Origin: Azolla caroliniana
Lineage: Eukaryota; Plantae; Polypodiophyta
Direction: 5' to 3'
Length of the DNA stretch: 64,000 bases
NCBI GenBank assembly: GCA_043228905.1
Contig: JBHGNT010000008.1
Location: 9,920,001 to 9,984,000, forward strand
This document shows, piece after piece, positions 36,490 to 48,039 of the stretch (positions are counted from its first letter, which is position 1; each line of letters starts with the position of its first letter). The translations under genes were made by a program, and so were the position numbers. The notes beneath the pieces were generated by a model that was not told where the DNA came from, did not search any database, and saw only the letters and a program-made list of their open reading frames with translations.

Positions 36490-37029
36490 TTTAAGATTTT
36501 GCTTCCGGGGATACATTAATTAGACAAAGTGTAGAAGAGGCCAAAGAGAAGGATCATTGCAAAGAGAAAGAAGGCATTAATCATCCTGGTATAGCGGAGG
36601 AAGTTGCTACTAGAGTAACATGTAAAAGATTCTGCTTCAGATTTCCAGCATGCAAAAGAAGATAGAAATGAACAATTAGGAAATGTAGAAAGTGGGAAAC
36701 AAATAGATGAAGAAATCAAGGAAGGTTCTCTTAACAACACTAACAATGATGAACAGGTTGAAAGAGAAGAGGAATCAAAGGGTAAGCTTGCACGCCACAT
36801 AGACAAACAATACCAACGCTCAATTGTTGTTGTTCGTGACACACATCTATTTGCTCTACAACATGAACATGATCAACGTTCACAAGTAGAAGAAAGGAAA
36901 GTAAGAAGAGAAGCGGATGCTAAAAAGAGAGAAGCTTTGGCTCGAGAAGAATGTGGGTGTCAAGAGAAATTGAGAGTTGTAGCAGAGACCAAAAGAATAG
37001 AGGATGCAAAATTGGTTGTTTGTGGCTGA

Positions 37030-37260
37030 AAAGAGAAGACGTTCGAGATGCACGGCAGAGACGCGTGGCTGAGAGCACGACGGAGATGCGTGGACGAGAA
37101 TATGGCCGAGACGCGCGACCGAGATGCGTGGCCGAGAGCACGACGGACACGATGAATACGGTCGAAACACGCGGCCGAGAGGCGTGATATGCACAGTCGA
37201 GAGGACAACAGAGACGCGTGACTGAGAGAAGGGCCGAGAGATAGCCGCGAAGATAGCCAG
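37030..37260. repeat. Degenerate tandem repeats (GAGAYGCGTGGCYGAGAGCACGACGG)
   Basis: The motif recurs at about 37058, 37121 and 37211, with partial copies between. Confidence 0.7.
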
Positions 37261-37592
37261 AGAGAAGACAAAGAAGAAAGTGTACGAAGAAGAAAGAAAT
37301 AAGAAAGAGAAGAGGGGCAGAGAGGAGAATTTCACAAGAATGGCTTCACCCCCCTCCCAAAGGGGGTTACATGTGAGGGAGAGAGAAAAAAAAACATATA
37401 AGAAACGACACCAAAATGAGAGGTGAAAAAGCTATATTACATTATGCCCCATGGGTGGGGTTTATATAGTACAAGAGGTAAGATATAAAACAAAGCAAAA
37501 TACTAATATGATTACATATTAGTATCACCGTCATGCTTGTTTGCATGAAGACTATTATCTGCATTTGATCCATCTTTGTAAATATCCATATA

Positions 37593-39277
37593 TTATGAGC
37601 CTCTACTCACCCTTTTCCAAGCTTCTGAGACTGAAGAGAGCATTGAAGCATTAACCTGTAAAGATGAACCTTGATCCTCAAGTGCGTGAGTGTAGTTCCT
37701 CACCACCACACGTGTCTTGCTTCTAAAGGATTTCTTAGATATTTGCCATCCTTCAGTATTCTCTTTGTCCACATCAAAGGCTTGTCTCAAATCGTGCATG
37801 TTTGATTGCACATTACCAATTGTCAACAAGACTTTACTTTTCCCTTTGTCTTGTACTCTTGGTTTCAGGATTAGTTGCATCATAGATTGGTTTGTTGCCT
37901 TTGAAGAAGAAACCTGACTATTTTCTTTCCGTTGTCGAGGTATTCCTCGCGGATGCGTGGAATGAGGCGGGACCTCGAGGGTCCTGTACCGAAGAGCAAG
38001 AGAGAAAGGAGAAGAGACCCACTACGTGCGAGAGTAGGTTCATAGGGACACGGCCCTTCGACACGAAGACGCGAGTGGGACAGCGACATAGAGAGACACG
38101 AATGTATGTATGTATTAACAAGACAAACGACAAAACGCGAAGTGGGTTACAACCGAACAGGCCGGCGAACAGATGTTGATACCTGTTCGCAAACACACAG
38201 AAAGGAAGGAGTAGGTTGGAGGTGCTGCCGGAAGCACTCGGGCATTCCTCAAAGTAGCGCGAGCCTCCCGAAAACCTGCACAGAAGGAAGCTATGGAGCT
38301 TGCGAACCAGAGAGAGAGAGAGAGAAGCCTTCGCACACAAACCGACAGCACTTCGTCCTCGACTTTCCGCGATCCCATCCCCCTTCGCGTCTCCCTCCTT
38401 TTATAGGCAAGGAAGGAGCCGTTTCCCCTTTACTTCCTACCCACTAAATCTACCTGCCTAGGATCTTCTATGGACAACATTCGAGAAGAGCCGGTTCCTA
38501 CGCTCCTGTGCACCGATTCCGCTTGTGGACGGTTTTCTTCACGACACCGTGATGCAGGTTTCAACATTGTGGTTTCAGGTGGTTGAATAGTCAGTGTTGG
38601 GCATTCTGATTGCATATGACCAAACTTGTTACATGTGTAACATGCACCTGCAATTTTGCCCCATTTCAGCTAAAAAGGTCTTGCAGCAATAGTTGGATCA
38701 TCTGAGTTGAGGGTGATACCTTCCAAGATCGGAACATCTGTGTCCCAAAGAATGCAAAATCTATTAGAAGTACTTGTAGTTTTTGGGGGGCATACTACTC
38801 TCCCCATTCCCGTTGCAATTGTAGGTAACACGTGATTCCAATTTCGTGGAAAGTCAAGGACTTCCACCCAAACAAGACATTTGTGACGAATTAACCCTTG
38901 ATAGTCTTTTGTCAAAGACCACGACAATGCATGAACCATTTGATCTCTATATGTTAAAGGAGATTCTTCAAGTAATTGAGTTTTGTACTTCGGTTCTGAT
39001 AGCAATACTTCGTAACACCCTCTAGCAGCAAAATAAACTCCATTAACTGCATAGACTTTAAACATGACATTTATCCATTGAGCCACATCATTTGCAGAAG
39101 GCATCTTCCCAGGATAGAAAAGAATAATAGCATTTGACATGTACACTTTTAAAGGATTCAACAAGTCTTGTGATGGGATAGTAAAAATGTTTTGCTTGGC
39201 AAAGGCCCATCCCATGTCTTTCTAGCCTCTGCAAAGTCCTCTACTCTAAGACTATCTTGAACACATTTTGTATCCAT
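37593..39277 (-). mobile_element. L1-clade LINE ORF1 remnant (DUF4283-like + CCHC knuckle), interrupted by a solo LTR
   Basis: ORF 38670-39215 with VWVEVLDFP..W..., then CYTCNKFGHMQSECP. It continues in 37593-37932 (DKGKSK). Confidence 0.75.
37933..38546 (-). mobile_element. Solo LTR (614 bp) with 4-bp TSD
   Basis: Termini TGTCG...CGACA. TSD CCGT (37929-37932 / 38547-38550). TATA (CCTATAAAAGG on minus, about 38398-38407). GC-rich relative to the LINE flanks. Confidence 0.8.
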
Positions 39278-39452
39278 GGGATCTTCTATAATTTCTTTCC
39301 TCTTCTTATTCCATACAAAAGATAGATGATTGAGCCATCCTTGACAAAAATAATGTGGTAAACTCTGTCTGTCTGTCTGTCTTTCACGTCGCTCTCTTTA
39401 TGTTTCTTTTCGTTCATTTGGGGCGGGAAGCCTAACTAAAGCCACCCACCAG

Positions 39453-39453
<1 letters not shown>

Positions 39454-39485
<32 letters not shown>

Positions 39486-39542
39486 TATTAACGTCTTCTA
39501 AGGCCAAATTTGGCCCATGAGACAATTTGGTTTACAACAAAA
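39454..39542 (-). mobile_element. About 90-bp 5'-truncated RTE LINE 3' end with (TTTC)n tail, just upstream of the oxidoreductase gene
   Basis: Near-exact reverse complement of the 3' terminus at 57451-57522. Confidence 0.88.
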
Positions 39543-39644
39543 GAGAGAGAACCCAACCACAACTTTTAAAAACTTAACAGGAACAGAACACAACAGAACA
39601 GAGAAGAGAAGAGAAGAGAAGAAGAGAAGAGAGCAGAGAGAGCC

Positions 39645-42600
39645 ATGCTCGTCTCGCGATCTCTGCTATCTCCTCGTAACAACACCTCCTCCATTGTCCT
39701 CCTTGTCGCCTCCATTCCCAGAAGTAACTGCTCCTTACTCTCCTCCTCTGCTCCTGCTCTTTCTTTTCTCAGAACCAGCAGCAGCAGAAGAAGAAGAAGA
39801 AGAAGAAGAGGATCAATACCTTTCTGCTGCTGCTTCTCCTCCTCCTCCTCCTCCTCCTCCTCGACAGCCATACCTGCACCTATCAATTCTCGAAGGCAAT
39901 TCCACCGATCCCCTCTTATGCATTCTTCTCTTTACTTTTTTGTCTCCTTATTTTGAGTCACCTCCCCTTCCTTTCAGGTACGCCATTTTGGGAGCTGGTT
40001 TTGCTGGCTTGTCTGTGGCGTGGCATCTTCTTCAGGTTTTTCCTTCTGACACGCTCTTCTTTAATTCAGACGATTTCATGTGATCTGTTCCCTTCCTTTA
40101 ATTAGACACTTAAGGAACCCAAAGACAAAGGTGTTGTTGCTGATAATATTTAAAAAAGCAACAAAATCCGACAAAGCAAGTGCTGTTTCTACTAGATTCC
40201 TACAAATTTGAGTTAGTCTTCCCTTAATTTCTATTATAAACATTTGTGAACGGGAAACTTAGCCAATTTGTCAATTAGCTGCATTTATATATGTCAATTA
40301 ACTGCATTGATATTTTTCAATTAACCACATTGACTATATGTCCATTTGATGCTACATCAAAATGGTTATATGAGAGCTGTTGGAGTCTTGTCCATCTCTA
40401 ACGATATAATTGTTTGAAAATTTTATTGATGTTTCAATAGATATTGGTAAGTAAACATGCTAATGAAAAGGTTACACAGAACCTTGTGTTGTGCGTTTCA
40501 TGAATATCATGTTGGAATTTGATTGCAACTGACATGAGGAGATTGATCCTCCTGGAATCACATTGCAAATCTTTAAAAATCCTGCTTGACAAGCAGGAAT
40601 GTTTTGTTTGTAACTTCTCAGCCCATGCATGTATTTACTTTGTTTTGAGGAACTAAAAGCTAGCCTTGGAATGCTTAATCATGTATCTAAGTCGTTGGCT
40701 ATGATTTTATTGCGTATACCTGTTTCAGCTGTCTACTGACACTCTCCACATAAGCATAGACGTATTTGATGAAAATGGCATAGGAGGAGGAGCCTCAGGT
40801 GTGTCAGGAGGCTTGTTACATCCATATACTCCAAAAGGTAGTCCGTTAATGGAGTTTTATAGTTGTTAGATGCTATGTCCCATTCTCTGTCTTTCTCTCT
40901 CTCGTTATCATTATCTACCACCTTTAGGAAACCTAGAACTGTTTTTTTTACTCCAGTATTGAGAACATGAAATTACCCATATTTATAATCATTATTTGTC
41001 TCATAAGCTGATTTTGGCCTCTCATAGATGTAAATCTCGCTCTCTCTCTCTCTCTCTGTGCATATGCATGTGTGTATATATCATCAAGTGAAATTAATTC
41101 AAAGGAGGGAAGTTGGGTTAAATGAATGTAACCATATAGGATATTCATAATTTAATTATGTTTTTACTCCTTAAAAGTATTCAACCATAAAATTGGGTTA
41201 CTTTTAAACACCATTACCCTCTGGATGTGGATTTGAATACAAGCTCTACAATCTGCTTCAGATTTAACAAGTTAATTCCTGATATGAGAGCTGATTAATT
41301 TAATGAGTCTAAGGCCGCAGTATTGGGCATATATCTTGATAACCTTTCACCATACTGCTTTACAATCTTGAAATCCATGTGTTGACAAACTTCAGTTTTT
41401 CATGTGCCATGAAGGAAAGTTGGTATGGAATGGAATAGATGGATGGTCTTCTGCTTTGGAGCTGCTGAATGTTGCAAAAGCAGCCTACAGACAAGAGGTT
41501 AATGAAATGCACGAACATTTAAAACCTTTGGCTTGGAGAAGGTAACCAGCTGTTTTGTTTCTCTTTTGAAAATTTTGCCGGTCAAAAGGCGAAGAGACCA
41601 TAGATTGTCGATTTTTCCATGAATTCTGATCTGTTTTCTTGGTTTCGTGCAGAGGAATACTCAGACCTCCAGCATCTCAGAAACATTGCGAGGATTTCAG
41701 GAAGGTCGTGTTACTTCTTTCGTGCTGTTATGGATCTTTTGGACCTAATGGTTCTCTTTGGGTGAACATAAAGAAATGTTGTTTTCCTAATGGTGGTGCA
41801 GTTTGTGAAGCTCTCTTCGGGTGAACATAAAGAACTAGCTGGACTTTCATGTATAGAAGGTTCTGTAGCTAATAAACTGTTGCCTGGACTAGATGTATCT
41901 CCAGATAACCTTGTGTTGCACATAGCTGAAGGTTTAAATATTCATCCCTTGCGATATTTACAGGTTGGTGTATATGTCCATTTAATTATGTATTTCTTGA
42001 AAATGGTAAATGCAAATCTATTTTGGAATGTTACTGTGGGCTTTCAAGGCCTTATGGAGAGCGTGCGAATTACAAGTGGAGCATAATTCAAAAGAATGCC
42101 ATCATTCACATGCTTTGTTGATCAAGGAACATATTACTTCTCTTTCAGACTTGGCAGGTATAACTCATTCTTGTTGGTTTCATTGTTCAAATGAATGTAG
42201 GTTATCATCTCAAAAATGGCATCAGCAAATCAACTGTTACAATCATAGTATCATGTTATATCTCATCAAAGCATAAGCTACAAATAACCTAGTAAGTAAG
42301 TAGAAAAGCTTCCTTGGTTGTAGGCAACTCCAAATCTCTAGTAATTCTGGTGAGTCCTTATGGATCATCCAAATATGTGTAGTAGCAATCCTTGCATCAT
42401 GCCAAGTTTCTCTGCCTTATCAAAGAATCATGTAGTGAGGTCCTGAAAGTGAGTGAGTGGGCTGGATATGGTTGCATTATCTGCCTCTCAATCTCGCCAT
42501 AGATATGGGCCTATAATTTGAAATGTCTCTGTGGGTCTCTCACGAGTACACTTGATCTTGCTCGTATATCTGTAGTATTGGGTCATATGTGTACTCTGAA

Positions 42601-45600
42601 TGAAGGCATCTACATGTGTGTCCTCCCATTGAAGACATCTAACCGTCTCCATTTGAAGCTGATGTGATGATGTATATGTGTGTGCTCTCAATAAAGGCAT
42701 CTGGGTGTGCGTACTCTTGACGAAGGTCTCTGGCCATCTCCACCTGAAGCAATAGGAGCTTTCTAGTCACATATTTCATACCCTGAGATGGGTGTGTGCC
42801 CATGTAAATTGGTTGGAATAGAAAGCTATTAGTCTTATCCGTTAGTCCTGTCAGAAAATGGTCTATAGATGCCATTTTGGTAATTCTCTGGTAGTGGGTA
42901 AAGCCTGTTGGTATTGGATCTAATAATATTCTTCGTAATCACTTTGTTTGATTGATGATGGTTAAGGGTATTAAGAGAGGGCTTCCATGCTATGATGGAA
43001 TGGTAGGCTTGTATATCAAGCTCACATAGAGTGGAACAACCTGCAACTTGAGAGTGCCATACTGGTACTATCTAAACCACCAACCACTGTGAGGAATCGA
43101 AGATGAGTCAGCTAACACTGTAGTGTCCCACATGTGATGGATGAACAAACAATTGTGAACAAGGCCTCCATTACTGTTGATGCTGCTCCAACCTTATCTT
43201 GGCGTTACTCCTTATGATATCAGATATCATCATTACATTGTTGAGATGTAGCGGGTGCAAAAGGAGAAAAGCACCAGAATGTTGAGTTTTACGAAAGGTC
43301 AAGATTCAGGTTGAAGATGTTGCTAGAAGGGGATGTGAGGAGATGAAGATCAAACCAGCAACAAACCATAGGTCAAATGGTAAAGCTAGCAACAAGTGCA
43401 ATAAGGTCAAGGGTCTGAATCCCACTATGGGTGACAGAGGGGAAAAGATAACCTACAATCAATGAGCGGAAAACAATGAACTGGGAGGTATATATAAGGA
43501 CACGTCAATGAACAGTTTGTTGGTGTCAGGTCCCCATGTGAGGATAAGATCAAGGACGTGCAAAAAGAAAAGCAGTGTTGCACGCTAAAGGAGGAGCCAC
43601 TAATTTTGTTTAACAAAAGAGCTCTTGAAAGGTATATAATAAGCAAGACAGCTCATTGTCTGGGTTGATATTTTGAGGAATCAAGCACCCAGGCTTCGAT
43701 AGATGACAGAATTTTAAGGTTAGCGAATCACAATCAAAATGACATGCCCATTTTGGTAGACTACAAAAATTCTATGCAATTCTATTCCTTTCAATCTCTC
43801 TCACCCTATGAAAATGGGTTAACGTTTGTAAACTTCATGGAATCGTGATTTTCCATCCGGACTCATTTTAATCTGTGAAATCTGATGTTATTCTATAGTA
43901 TATCCAGTTTGGAAAGAATAATAATTTGTTATATCTTGTTCTTAGCGCAATTTGAGCTAAATCAAGATCGTGACGGAATTTACGGCTCAAAAATCTGACC
44001 ACTGAAATCAAAACTAAACTCAAATTTTTCTCTACTTGGTGGGAAGTAGTTTTTGAATCCATTCTTCTGAGTGATTGGTGCTCTACTGCTGAGCTGTTAC
44101 TACGAGGATCGTGAGAAAATGTTCTGCACGAAATTTTGAGTACTGAGGCAAATTCCTGCAAGGGTTGGAGCAACTGGACACACCTCCAGATTTCAGAAAT
44201 CTGGCGCCCTTCCAATTGGGCAATGCTTGAAATTGAAGTCAGGGATGAAGAGGTCTGCTGGTTTCTAGGAAAAGATTCCACAATGGTTCACTTTGTGAAA
44301 ACGTTTCAACAACGTTGTGGAACCTTCGTGGAATCAAATGTGAAGTTCTCTCATGGAAATTTCCATGAAGAGGATGCCAACAAACTTGCATGCTGCTGTG
44401 GAAGGGAAAAGAGAAGGAAGAAGCAGCACGTCTGCTGCCCTCCTCCCCCTGTCACCCGTGCAACACAACAGCAGCTGGTGTACAGAAGTTGTTGCTGTAG
44501 GTTGGAATTGGTGACTGAGGAATGACGCATGCTATTGAACAGACAAATTTTCAGTTATCCCTTCCTCCTAGAAACTAGCCAAAAGGAAAAGAAGGGGAGT
44601 AGACTTTATGATTCCCAAATGACCCTGCCATTATAACACTTAAATGCTTTACTGTTCACTACAATATACCCCTCCTTCCCCTTATAAAAGTCAATACAAA
44701 CACACATGCCACACACAACGTTATTTTACACACTTACTCAAATACACAATTACCTGTAACACAAATGCCCAATTTACGTGCACAAACAGGAGTATACATG
44801 TAGACATACATACTCACATACCACATGACACACAGGCCTAACTACAAAGCACACACCTACAAGTGTACTCACACTAATAAAAAAGGGAGTCTCCGCAATC
44901 CCTTCAACAGCAATGTCATCATCTAGGGCATCTTCATTACACCACATGGGGTCCTCCATCATAAGATGGGAATGATGACCTATGGCTAGAAGACCATCAC
45001 ATAATAAAGTGTGTGCCAAAGAGTAGCACGGAAGTATTGCGAGCATGGGAAATATGACCTATGGTAGATTTGTGGCAGAAGTTCAATATAGGGGTCGAAA
45101 AAGGCAAATGTGGTTTAAGGTACTGAATGCTTGATTAGTCATTTTGCAATATCACAAGACTTTGTAATGCTATTTTAAGTTGAAAAGCTCAAAATTAATA
45201 ATATACAACATTCTAGGAACATGCCATGTCGACCCATTAGCATAGATGAGACCCTGAGGATTGTGTACTCTAGTGATGCATCATGATTGGCTGAACGTGG
45301 ATGGTAATAAATAGGTGGGGTTCATAGATTCCCTAGTTTGAATTACTTCCATTTTTTGCAGGCATCTATGATGGAGTCATTATTTGTTTAGGTGCTGGAA
45401 TCAGCAGGCTTAAAGAGCTTGACGGCAAGCTACCTATTACCTATTGTCGAGGAGTGGTTGTGCATCTTGAATTGCCACCTGAAAAACAGTGAGCAGTATT
45501 ACCAGAGACCTACCAATGTCTTTACTTCTAATGGTTGTCTTAGTCTGTGCTTGTCATGCTATGTAGAGATGAACTCAAGTTCGAGGGACCTTGCATTGTA

Positions 45601-46041
45601 GGGGACACGTGGGTTGCAGCTCAAGGATTCCACAATCTCATTCTTGGAGCAACAAAAGATTGGGATAATTGCAACATGTCAGCAATTGTTGAAGGTGAAG
45701 CTGCTGTTGCTGCATCTGTTCAACTTTCTAAGAAAGTTTCCACCTTCTACCCTTCGATAAACCATTGGTTGCTACAGGAGGCCCGTGCCGGTGTGAGAGC
45801 AATGGCACCACGCACACCATGGGGTAAACTCCCACTTATTGGATGTATCGATGAAATTGTTAATGTTAATTCTTTAAGAAAGCTTCAGTGTCCGTACTAC
45901 TGGATATTTGGAGGACTTGGTTCCAGGGGTCTCATATATCATGCATGGTTGGGTAAGAAGATTGCTCAGGCCATTGTTTCCAGGAGTGAAGCATCCCTTC
46001 CAAAGGAACTTTTGTCTTGGAGATCTGATAGAAAATATTAA
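39645..46041 (+). CDS. FAD-dependent oxidoreductase (DAO family) with a probable organellar transit peptide; 9 exons
   Basis: Exons 39645-39895, 39978-40035, 40729-40837, 41415-41541, 41653-41704, 41802-41963, 42049-42157, 45362-45488 and 45567-46041 join in frame. Motifs include RYAILGAGFAGLSVAWHL, GIGGGASGVSGGLLHPY, NIHPLRYL, IICLGA, AGVRAM and GGLGSRGLIYH. Ser/Arg-rich N-terminus. Intron 1 is GC-AG. Confidence 0.9.
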
Positions 46042-46481
46042 GACAGGTAATTATCTCTTCACCAAACATCCTTTTTGCTCTTTACCAAGCAGATTTTTCC
46101 ACTAAAGCATGAAGCCAAAATATTGATCTGTTGTTGCAAGGCACTCAGTTATCTCTTATGAACATTCTTGCTCCTAACCAAGCAAAATTCTAAAATACTA
46201 TGAACAATGGACAAAACGTTCATTGAGAAAAAACTGATGTCGGCTACAATAATACATAACATTCATATAATGTGAAGGGTCACAATTGTAAGCAATCATA
46301 TTAAATGTCACTTCCACTGGCTTTATCTGCTGGCTTTAATTGCTGGCGTTAAATAGCCGGAACTCTCAACCATTTGTGGCAAGGCCAAAATCCAAATGTC
46401 ATTGTTTCTTTCTTATTGTTTCCTTAGTTTCTAGTAAACAAAAGAATCTTCTTTTTCATGGTTATGAATTGTCACTCTTCT

Positions 46482-46653
46482 GTCATAGTGAATTTTCTTG
46501 CTACTCTGCAACAGTAGTTGTATGCTTGCAGTCCAACCACATCAAATCCTTGTATTGTCATGGTTTGTCATAGTGGAATTTTCTGCTACTCTCCAACAGT
46601 GGTCGTATGCTTATAACCTAATCACATCAAATCCTAGTGTCCTTATGGTTTGT
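46482..46653. repeat. About 85-bp tandem duplication
   Basis: GTCATAGTG.AATTTTCT.GCTACTCT..AACAGT.GT.GTATGCTT...CACATCAAATCCT occurs twice. Confidence 0.8.
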
Positions 46654-46980
46654 TAATCTAATAAAGCCTTATCTATATCTGAAGGTGTAAGCATTTCTAC
46701 ATACAATGATTATTCTCATGCTAAAAGGGAAAGCTTTCCAATAGAAATTGTTGGGTTGTAAGCAGTACACTAAGATCATGATTATGTTTATCTTTGGATG
46801 GTAGTAAATAGTCTCCTTAACATTACTTTTATAGGAACAAGAAGTGTGATGATAGTGTTGACATTAGCTTGAATGCTTATGAGCCATTATATCAGCTGAA
46901 CAAGTTTGATGTTTAGTACTATTATTTGCCAAGGGATGTCAAGAATTTAGAGACCAATGGTAGTGTATAGTGTCATCAAA

Positions 46981-47310
46981 TTTTAGGCACTAGAAGTATG
47001 ATAGGAGCTCCCAAATTAGCTCGAAGGTTTAGGGGGGCATTATATTAGGTTGCATGGGTTACCCATTTTGATCACAGTTCAAAGTTTAGCACTCATGTTG
47101 GCCTAGGGGTATTCAAATATTCAAAGGCAAATTGTTGTGGCTAGTGTTATCAAATAAGCTTCTAGGCACTAGAAGCATGGTAAAAGCCCAAATCAACTCG
47201 GATGTATTAAGGGACCATAAACCAGTTGCGTGGGGTACTCATAAAATTGTGTCTCATGGAAATTCAAAGTTAAGTAATAATATTTCCTAGGGGGTTTTGA
47301 GCATTTAAAG
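46981..47310. repeat. Degenerate tandem duplication of about 180 bp
   Basis: TAGGCACTAGAAG.ATG at 46984 and 47163, with parallel GTTGC.TGGG, TTCAAAGTT and CCTAGGGG motifs. Confidence 0.6.
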
Positions 47311-48039
47311 ATGAAGGATGAGATTGAATGTGGTGTTGGATGAGATTGATACATAGGTCATGTTAATATATGGATTTCAGCCACTATCATTTTACACAAG
47401 TTTGGTTGGAGACATGAATCATCCCAAGGATCGACAATTCATCTTCTTAGTAACATTGACGCAAACAACATGACTATTTCATTTTTTGTTTATTTTTTTG
47501 CACTTTGTTATGATGAGTCTCCTCGTAAGATTTGAACCTCAAACATACCACTAAATTGTATTGCCTCAAAAAAAAATACTGTATGCCTATGGATTGGTCA
47601 ACTAAGTGGGTTGATAGAATAAACCATATAATTGAGCAATGGTTTGAAGCAACGAGTACCTGTTGGTGTGTGACATACCAATGCAAAAGATTGTTTGCAA
47701 CACTCCTCCATATGTCAGACCAATTTTCAAACATGCTTAATACACATCCTCATAATTTTTCATATGGTATAACAGAAACAGATTGTATACATTAACCTTT
47801 TGTTCTACATTTTTTATCATCACAAACTACAATTAATAGATATCTCAAAGAGTTTTGAATAATTTTACTTGAAGTTTGCAATGTAATCCCTTTCTTTGAA
47901 AAGAGAACAAATCAAAATCAATTTAACTGGTTTCCAAAAATTTCACGATGCATACTGAGATTTTTCAACTCTAGTACAGATTTGTTTATAAGGAGTTTAC
48001 GTTTTATTGGAATTAAACGTGCATGTATATAAATTGCAA

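Larger units (their letters stand above)
35537..37481. repeat. About 140-bp inverted repeat pair (35537-35676 / 37337-37481), each with an inward-facing TATA box
   Basis: TTACCTCTTGTACTATATAAACCCCACCCATGGGGCATAATG...GTAACCCCC..GGGAGGGGGGTGAAGCCATTCT and its reverse complement. No TSD seen at the outer edges. Confidence 0.85.

Noticed and set aside
39517-40083. 188-aa ORF as the true N-terminus of the oxidoreductase
   Set aside because: It starts inside an RTE tail and reads through a pyrimidine-rich intron. ATG 39645 plus the GC-AG intron gives a better transit-peptide model.
42480-45300. ORFs and short repeats within the 3.2-kb intron 7
   Set aside because: Probably old TE debris, but no termini, TSD or protein motif could be established by eye.
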